Shown: positions 34,546-40,000 of the stretch, one piece after another
How the letters are laid out: each line of letters starts with the position of its first letter
Position numbering within the stretch: position 1 is the first letter of the stretch
Translations under genes and position numbers: made by a program
Sequence record: MH651172.1
Direction: 5' to 3' (one strand)
Origin: Streptomyces phage Comrade
Length of the DNA: 40,000 nucleotides
The notes under the pieces: model-generated
Database searches by the model: none
Told to the model about the DNA's origin: nothing
Seen by the model: only the letters and a program-made list of their open reading frames with translations

Positions 34546-34831
34546 GCGAGATGGCGCTATCCCGGTAAAGAATTCCGGCCGGGGTATTCAAAAGGGCGAT
34601 GCCATCCTTGAGCCATTTCTGGTAGACTATAAGGAATACAGCAAGTCCTTTGGTGTAACTCAGGAAATGTGGGCAAAGGTTTCTACAGATTCAATCAAGA
34701 ATGGTCGTAGGCAGCCAGCCCTTAAGTTGGTCATCGGTAAGGAAGGCGAAGTTAGAACCCGCCTTTGGGTTATTGGTGACAAGATGTTTCATGAGATGCT
34801 TGAGGCATGGAGGGAAAAGTATGACGTGTGA
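34523..34831 (+). CDS. hypothetical protein
   Basis: 102 aa, TTG start, overlaps both neighbours. Confidence 0.6.
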   Translation: MSEAEEIKRDGAIPVKNSGRGIQKGDAILEPFLVDYKEYSKSFGVTQEMWAKVSTDSIKNGRRQPALKLVIGKEGEVRTRLWVIGDKMFHEMLEAWREKYDV

Positions 34832-35036
34832 GTATGAAGATGGTTGCTGTGATACTTGCGACGGAAAGGGAACATCATATGATGAGCAAACAGGGGGCAA
34901 GTGTTGGGATTGCTATGGCACTGGCCACGTTCATGAGATTGAGGTAACCTTTAAGCAGAGTGGAGTAATTACAGCAGAGCAAATTAACCGAGCAATCGGA
35001 CGTAGTATTCAGCAGAGTCGGAGGTTCCAGGGTTGA
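34821..35036 (+). CDS. DnaJ-type cysteine-rich zinc finger protein
   Basis: 71 aa; CCDTCDGKGTSYDEQTGGKCWDCYGTGHV has the CxxCxGxG repeat pair. Confidence 0.75.
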   Translation: MTCEYEDGCCDTCDGKGTSYDEQTGGKCWDCYGTGHVHEIEVTFKQSGVITAEQINRAIGRSIQQSRRFQG

Positions 35037-35362
35037 GTGACGAAAACCCCCTAGAGACTGTGTCGGTCATTACTGAATTCAATGACCTGACTGAGTTTAT
35101 GCAGGATGACCAGCTAGATAGAGCACTAGAGCTAGCCATTCGATGCATTGCGCAACCAGATGTTGCAGCGGTAAAGGCTCCGAAGTTGATTGTTGAACTA
35201 CAGGCAATCTCTTTCAAGTTTGCGGTAAAGGCTGTTGAGTATGCGACCATTAAGAAGGACCGGGCTGGTACTGATAACAACCATCGAAAGAACGTTTATT
35301 ATTCAACCAAGGAAGCGCTAGACCGATTGGTTGATGCGCTGAAGTACGCGGCTAGAGCTTAA
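35033..35362 (+). CDS. hypothetical protein
   Basis: 109 aa, TTG start overlapping the previous stop. Confidence 0.65.
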   Translation: MSDENPLETVSVITEFNDLTEFMQDDQLDRALELAIRCIAQPDVAAVKAPKLIVELQAISFKFAVKAVEYATIKKDRAGTDNNHRKNVYYSTKEALDRLVDALKYAARA

Positions 35363-35387
35363 ACTAGTCAACCAGGATTATGCGTGT

Positions 35388-35393
35388 TATAAT
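35388..35393 (+). promoter_or_regulatory. Putative -10 element (TATAAT) upstream of the Cas4-like gene
   Basis: TATAAT with weak -35 TAGTCA (35365-35370) at 17-nt spacing. Confidence 0.4.
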
Positions 35394-35425
35394 GGTTGTA
35401 CAATAAATAACATTAAGGAAACAAA

Positions 35426-36208
35426 TTGAAGCGAGAGATTGTACAGGGTCTCAAGTTTCGTAAGCAGCCTAAGGGATTTGACGCCAATGAGTTGGCCGAT
35501 ATCCTTGAGGCTGCTTATCTGAAGCAGCGACGCCCTGATAAGCATACACAAAAGAAGACCTTTTCCCCGAGTACAATTGGTTATGGGCATGGAACATGTC
35601 CTCGATATTGGTTCTTGGCATTTACTGGCGGGATGTTCATTGATTCCGTTGATGCTCTAGGGATTGCCAATATGTCCAATGGTACTCAGGCTCACGAACG
35701 TATTGAGAAGTTGTTCGATGATTCAGGTATCCGCCTTGGTAATGAAATTGAAGTCACGATGTCTGACCCGCCTATTCGTGGGTTTGCTGATGTTGAAATC
35801 AATTGGAAGGGCGAAGAGATTATTGGTGAAATCAAGACAACAAGGCAGGAAGCGTTCCTTGTTCGTCAGGCTACAATGAAGCCTACACCGAATCACCTGT
35901 TTCAGATTCTCATTTACATGAAGGCCCGTGAGCGTAGAATGGGATTCCTTTTGTATGAGAATAAAAATTCTCAGGAATTCCTTATTCTCCCAATTGAGAT
36001 GAATGAAGCCAATTCAAAGATTATTGATAATGCACTGAATTGGATGCGAGAAACTTATAAGGCATACACAGAGGGAACGGTTCCTAATCGGCCGTTGCAG
36101 AAGCGCAGCAAGATTTGTAAGGCGTGCCCCTTCTATGAGTGGTGCTGGAGTGACGATTCTCCTGAGGGAACTATTGATATTCCTGTAATGGAGGTTCCAA
36201 AGATTTGA
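35426..36208 (+). CDS. Cas4-like PD-(D/E)XK exonuclease
   Basis: TTG start with TTAAGGAAAC upstream; CPRYWFLAF, GFADVEINWKGEEIIGEIKTTR, C-terminal CKACPFYEWCW iron-sulfur-type cysteines. Confidence 0.85.
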   Translation: MKREIVQGLKFRKQPKGFDANELADILEAAYLKQRRPDKHTQKKTFSPSTIGYGHGTCPRYWFLAFTGGMFIDSVDALGIANMSNGTQAHERIEKLFDDSGIRLGNEIEVTMSDPPIRGFADVEINWKGEEIIGEIKTTRQEAFLVRQATMKPTPNHLFQILIYMKARERRMGFLLYENKNSQEFLILPIEMNEANSKIIDNALNWMRETYKAYTEGTVPNRPLQKRSKICKACPFYEWCWSDDSPEGTIDIPVMEVPKI

Positions 36209-36486
36209 GACCGTGTGCATATGCTGAGTGTGGTCGTTTGTTTGAGGCAAAGACGCATAATCAGCGATATTGTTCAGACGAATGCTGCCGCAAGGCAACC
36301 AATGCTCGCTTGATGGAGCAGTATTATGAAAAGAAGGCTCGAAGGCAGGGCCACATTCGTGTATGCAAGAACGTTGGCTGCGAAACGAGACTGTCTAGAT
36401 ATAACGATGACAGTGAATGTCAACGTTGTGCTGCGGCTAAGGAAACAGAGCGCCGTAAGCAGTTGCTGAATCTTGTAGGAATTTAA
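36205..36486 (+). CDS. small cysteine-rich (double zinc finger) protein
   Basis: 93 aa; CAYAECGRLFEAKTHNQRYCSDECCRKA and CKNVGCETRLSRYNDDSECQRC. Confidence 0.7.
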   Translation: MRPCAYAECGRLFEAKTHNQRYCSDECCRKATNARLMEQYYEKKARRQGHIRVCKNVGCETRLSRYNDDSECQRCAAAKETERRKQLLNLVGI

Positions 36487-36487
36487 T

Positions 36488-37075
36488 ATGTCACTTTTGG
36501 ATTTGAAGAAAACCAAGGCGAGTAAGGTTATGGGCATCGACTGCTCAACCCACTCGCTGGCTTTTACAATCTTCTTTAATAGGAGACCTGTGAAGTGGGG
36601 CAAGATTAATTTTGAGGGCTCCGACGTTTTTGAGAGGCTGGAGGATGCAGCAAATAAGCTGCGGGCTGTGAAGGACGAGTTTGATGTGGACTACATCGCG
36701 TTCGAGAGCGCCATCCTAGCCAGAACCAAAAATGCTGACGTGACAATCAAACTAGCGATGGTGTATGGTGCTTGTATCGCTGAGCTGATGAGAAAGAACG
36801 TTAAGGTGGTTACGGTGAAGCCGCTAACGTGGCAGTCGTACATTGGTAATCCAAACTTCAAGCCTGCTGAGAAGCTAGCTTTGAAGAAGGAGTTCCCGGA
36901 CAAGTCTGCTTCATGGTATTCTACGAAGATTAGAGAGATGCGTAAGCAGCGTACGATGGACTACTTCAATAAGAAGTGGCCTCACATGGAGCTAACGGAT
37001 AATGATGTTGGTGACAGTGCGGGAATTGCTTACTACGCCTACTACTCCTTGACCACTCGTGGTAGAGTAGATTAA
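36488..37075 (+). CDS. RuvC-like Holliday junction resolvase
   Basis: MGIDCSTHSLAFTIF, DYIAFESAILARTKN, VKPLTWQSYIG, DNDVGDSAGIAYYAY: spacing of RuvC/RNase H-fold acidic motifs. Confidence 0.8.
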   Translation: MSLLDLKKTKASKVMGIDCSTHSLAFTIFFNRRPVKWGKINFEGSDVFERLEDAANKLRAVKDEFDVDYIAFESAILARTKNADVTIKLAMVYGACIAELMRKNVKVVTVKPLTWQSYIGNPNFKPAEKLALKKEFPDKSASWYSTKIREMRKQRTMDYFNKKWPHMELTDNDVGDSAGIAYYAYYSLTTRGRVD

Positions 37076-37081
37076 AGGTGC

Positions 37082-37108
37082 TGGGGCTCGTCCCCAAGCT
37101 TTAGGAGG
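37082..37108 (+). promoter_or_regulatory. Intergenic hairpin followed by AAGCTTTAGGAGG (copy 3)
   Basis: TGGGG-CTCGT-CCCCA (37082-37096) then AAGCTT and the ribosome binding site. Confidence 0.55.
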
Positions 37109-37112
37109 AGAA

Positions 37113-37322
37113 ATGTCAGATTACATGGATTGTGATGCCTGTGACTGGGTTGACATTGAGGTAGGGATGCAAATGGTTCGTCCCGACCATTTTTGCCGGG
37201 TTAAGGCTCATAGAATCGATGCTTATGCATATTATGATAATCTTAGGGGCCAAGAGCTGATTGATGCCGTTGAAGAAAATTGGCCACCGTTTTGGGATGA
37301 GTCATTGGAGAGTATCGAATGA
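37113..37322 (+). CDS. small hypothetical protein
   Basis: 69 aa with RBS AGGAGGAG; MSDYMDCDACDWVDIEVGMQMVRPDHFCRVKAH. Confidence 0.7.
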   Translation: MSDYMDCDACDWVDIEVGMQMVRPDHFCRVKAHRIDAYAYYDNLRGQELIDAVEENWPPFWDESLESIE

Positions 37323-37828
37323 TTATTGTGGGAACGGGTCATCGGCCCGAAAAGATTACCGATAGAGATTGGCTTCTGGAGCAGATTACCTATGTGTACA
37401 TGCTTGCCGGGGCTGAAAAGGTAATTCAAGGTTGTGCTGCTGGTGCAGACCTTCTTTTGGCCAGGGTTGCATATGTTATGGGAATCCCTTACGTCGCAGC
37501 TAAGCCTTGGGAGAATCATAAGGCCAGAATGGGCGGGTCTTCTGGATTCAAGAATGAAGATGCTGTCGTTTATGACAAGATGATTAAGTATGCTTCTGAG
37601 GTTGTTAATGTGACTGGGGAAATTGACTATCCCGGTCCGTGGGCGTACTTCCGTCGAAATGAATGGATGGTTGACCAAATTACTCCAGAGACGGGAATCG
37701 TTTTGGCTGTATGGGATGGAACCCCTAGTGGTACGTCTCATTGTCTTGAGTATGCTAAGAAAAAGGGGATTCGAGTCTTCCAACTTGACCCCAAAAACAA
37801 TAAGGTGATTGGATGGCTAAAGCAGTAA
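37319..37828 (+). CDS. SLOG superfamily (YspA/YpsA-type) protein
   Basis: VGTGHRPEKI, IQGCAAGADLLLARVA, NEWMVDQ, VLAVWDGTPSGTSHCLEYAKKKGIRV. Confidence 0.8.
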   Translation: MIIVGTGHRPEKITDRDWLLEQITYVYMLAGAEKVIQGCAAGADLLLARVAYVMGIPYVAAKPWENHKARMGGSSGFKNEDAVVYDKMIKYASEVVNVTGEIDYPGPWAYFRRNEWMVDQITPETGIVLAVWDGTPSGTSHCLEYAKKKGIRVFQLDPKNNKVIGWLKQ

Positions 37829-37968
37829 AGAAGTACCTTTCCGAAAAGTGGCTCTATAGACAGCATGTCGTTTTGCGCAGAAGCCCAGAGTCCATTGCGG
37901 AAGAGTGCAGAGTTGCGGTAAGAACTATTTACCGCAAGCTCGAAGACCTAGAGAGAAAGAATAAATGA
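37813..37968 (+). CDS. small HTH-domain protein (below ORF track cutoff)
   Basis: 51 aa MAKAVKKYLSEKWLYRQHVVLRRSPESIAEECRVAVRTIYRKLEDLERKNK; helix-turn-helix spacing SPESIAEECRVAVRTIYRKL. Confidence 0.7.
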   Translation: MAKAVKKYLSEKWLYRQHVVLRRSPESIAEECRVAVRTIYRKLEDLERKNK

Positions 37969-38591
37969 GATATACAATTTTTAGTGTAGACAATTCACGT
38001 CAACACTATATTGAAAAGATGAGACATCAACTTCGTAACGAGGAATATGTTGAAACGGAAGTTGTTGATGGTCGTGACCCTGACCAATTGAGGCGGGCGA
38101 TGAAGAAGTATCCTTATGAAATTAACTACGATGCCAAGGTAGGTCATCTAGGTATTTGGTACACAGTTCTCAATGCTATGGAACATGCACCAATTGTAAC
38201 CTTTGAAGATGATGCTATTCTGAATGATGAGTTTATGACTCATTTTAATTGGCGGATTGGTGAGCTTCCCGGAGACACAGATTTCTTCTCGCTGTTTCTT
38301 CCTAGAGACAGTGACCATCTGTACACTGAAGACAAGTCTAGAGGCAATTTCATTTGTGAGACATATCAGAGATATGGTGGAGTTTCTATGCTTCACACAA
38401 TGCATGGTCGAGATATGATTAAGGAATTGCTCAAGAGGGATGGCATTACGGGACAGTATGATGACACTCTCTATATGTACGCCAAGAAGGGCGAATTGCG
38501 CGGGTATTGTTCAAAGCCTAAATATCCGGACCTAGTTTACATCTCAGGCTTTGAAGAAAGCATTGTTCAGGAAACGGAGAATTATAGATGA
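37965..38591 (+). CDS. glycosyltransferase family 25-like
   Basis: VVDGRDPDQL, AKVGHLGIWYTVLNAMEHAPIVTFEDDAIL, typical GT25 GxxxSHxxxW...EDDA pattern (here GHLGIW). Confidence 0.75.
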   Translation: MRYTIFSVDNSRQHYIEKMRHQLRNEEYVETEVVDGRDPDQLRRAMKKYPYEINYDAKVGHLGIWYTVLNAMEHAPIVTFEDDAILNDEFMTHFNWRIGELPGDTDFFSLFLPRDSDHLYTEDKSRGNFICETYQRYGGVSMLHTMHGRDMIKELLKRDGITGQYDDTLYMYAKKGELRGYCSKPKYPDLVYISGFEESIVQETENYR

Positions 38592-39244
38592 GAATGCTTG
38601 TAATTGTTCCTACACGTGGTAGGCCAGAGAACATTGTTCGTTTGGACAAGGCCATGCTTGACACAGAGGTCGATGTTGAGGTAATGTACTGTGTTGATGA
38701 AGACGACCCGCGACTGGCAGATTATGTCAGGACCGGAATTCCTCTAGTGGTTGGACCCAGAAAGCGACTCGTTGGAACACTGAATGATGTTGCCACACAG
38801 TTTGCTGACGATTATGATATTGTTGCCTTCCTTGGTGATGATGTTCTTCCTAAGACTCATCGTTGGGACAACATCCTTCGTGACAACTTCAAGCCAAACA
38901 TGGTAGCCTACGGAAACGATGGTCACCAGGGAGAGGGTCTTCCTACGGGAGTGTTTTTGGATGCTCGCATCGTAACTGGACTTGGCTACATGGTTCCGCC
39001 AACATTTATTCACCTCTTCGCAGATAATTACTGGAAGACGTTGGGTGAGGCTCTTGGAACCTTGACGTATCTTCCGGGGGTTGACATGGAGCATCTGCAC
39101 CCTTACGCTGGTAAGGCAGAGCACGACGAAACTTATGCACAGGCGAATGCTGGTCCTGTGTGGGAGAATGATGAGCGTGCATTTAATGAATACGTCAAGA
39201 ATGAATTGGCGTTCGATGTGGAGATTCTACAGCTTAATGAGTAA
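38588..39244 (+). CDS. GT-A fold glycosyltransferase-like protein
   Basis: MRMLVIVPTRGRPENIVRL...VVGPRKRLVGTLNDVA...DIVAFLGDDVLP. Confidence 0.7.
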   Translation: MRMLVIVPTRGRPENIVRLDKAMLDTEVDVEVMYCVDEDDPRLADYVRTGIPLVVGPRKRLVGTLNDVATQFADDYDIVAFLGDDVLPKTHRWDNILRDNFKPNMVAYGNDGHQGEGLPTGVFLDARIVTGLGYMVPPTFIHLFADNYWKTLGEALGTLTYLPGVDMEHLHPYAGKAEHDETYAQANAGPVWENDERAFNEYVKNELAFDVEILQLNE

Positions 39245-39683
39245 CATTGTTTATACAGGTGGAACATTTGATTTGTTCCATGAAGGACATATTGAGCTTC
39301 TTCGCTCTTGTCATCGAATTGCGGCGGGTGGAGAAGTTATCGTTGGTTTGAATACCGACGAATTTATTGCAGCATTCAAGAACAATCCGCCAATTCAGTC
39401 ATATCGGGAAAGAGCGCTTATGCTTGAATCTTGCCGATATGTTGATAGGGTTGTTCCCAACATCGGAAATGGTAGTTCGACTGTGACTATTCAGGACCAG
39501 ATTGATAATGGTTCTGTAATTGACATTGTGGCTATTGGTTCTGATTGGGCTGGTCGTGATTATTATGGCCAAATGGGGTTTACAAAGAAATGGCTTGATG
39601 ATAGAGATATCATCTTGATTTACATTGACAGAAGGACAGGAATGTCCACAACCAAGATTAAGGATAAGTTGAAGAATGCCTGA
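39237..39683 (+). CDS. cytidylyltransferase-family nucleotidyltransferase
   Basis: ATG 39237; YTGGTFDLFHEGHIELLRSC (HxGH), VIVGLNTDEF, IDRRTGMSTTKIKDKL (RTxGxSTTxI). Confidence 0.9.
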   Translation: MSNIVYTGGTFDLFHEGHIELLRSCHRIAAGGEVIVGLNTDEFIAAFKNNPPIQSYRERALMLESCRYVDRVVPNIGNGSSTVTIQDQIDNGSVIDIVAIGSDWAGRDYYGQMGFTKKWLDDRDIILIYIDRRTGMSTTKIKDKLKNA

Positions 39684-39840
39684 AAAGGGACAACACTACG
39701 CTCCCTGGCCTGAGGATGATAACTGGACGTATCGCGGAATTCCAGTTCCGGGTCGTCTAAAGGCTACATGGAATAACGTTTCTGGCCGGTGGTGGAGACA
39801 AGGCGTTGATGACGCTCTTGATAGGGAGGATTCAGAATGA
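39676..39840 (+). CDS. small hypothetical protein (below ORF track cutoff)
   Basis: 54 aa MPEKGQHYAPWPEDDNWTYRGIPVPGRLKATWNNVSGRWWRQGVDDALDREDSE; overlaps genes on both sides. Confidence 0.65.
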   Translation: MPEKGQHYAPWPEDDNWTYRGIPVPGRLKATWNNVSGRWWRQGVDDALDREDSE

Positions 39841-40000
39841 AAGAACTTGTATTTGTTGACACTGAGACTACGGGTCTTGATGCATCGTCTGATAAGTTGG
39901 TAGAGCTTTCTTATGCCACGCTTAACAGTGACATTAAGACTCTGTACTTTGGTGTAACTGAGGTTCCGAGTTTTATTGATGACCTCACTCAATTCTTTAA
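39837..40000 (+). CDS. DnaQ-like DEDD 3'-5' exonuclease (partial, runs off the window)
   Basis: MKELVFVDTETTGLDASSDKLVELSYATL: exonuclease motif I DTETTGLD. Confidence 0.8.
   Translation, partial: MKELVFVDTETTGLDASSDKLVELSYATLNSDIKTLYFGVTEVPSFIDDLTQFF

Noticed and set aside
35426-36208. Cas4-like protein as evidence of a CRISPR-Cas system
   Set aside because: Phage Cas4-like exonucleases are common in recombination modules and no cas1, cas2 or repeat array is present here.
1-40000. CRISPR arrays, tRNA genes, integrase/attachment site or transposons
   Set aside because: No regularly spaced direct repeats, no tRNA cloverleaf recognised by eye, and no integrase or transposase-like protein among the ORFs. 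tRNA absence was not verified with a covariance tool.

Overview
The window is a densely packed, almost entirely plus-strand segment of a large tailed-phage (siphovirus-type) genome, probably infecting an actinobacterium; the host assignment is inference from gene style. Left part (1-21.9 kb): head-tail connector and tail completion genes, major tail protein, a tail assembly chaperone pair with a canonical -1 slippery heptamer (CCCAAAT at 3118-3124), a >2100-aa tape measure protein with SLT-like and M23 peptidase domains, and a series of large minor tail/adhesion proteins including a 2011-aa FN3/carbohydrate-binding protein. Middle (21.9-24.7 kb): HNH endonuclease, metallophosphoesterase, holin-like membrane protein and small regulators. 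Right part (24.7-40 kb): replication/recombination genes (DnaB-like helicase, DnaG-like primase, gp32-like SSB, DnaE-like polymerase, dUTPase, RecA-like, Cas4-like exonuclease, RuvC-like resolvase, start of a DnaQ-like exonuclease) plus a cassette of a SLOG-family protein, a small HTH protein, two glycosyltransferases and a cytidylyltransferase. The most notable non-coding observations are the frameshift site, an apparent non-standard start codon for the tape measure gene, promoters placed so close to the ATG that transcripts look leaderless (one nested inside a terminator hairpin), and a recurring hairpin followed by AAGCTT. I found no convincing evidence of an entirely new defence or mobile system. 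Homology calls are motif recognition by eye; no database search was run.
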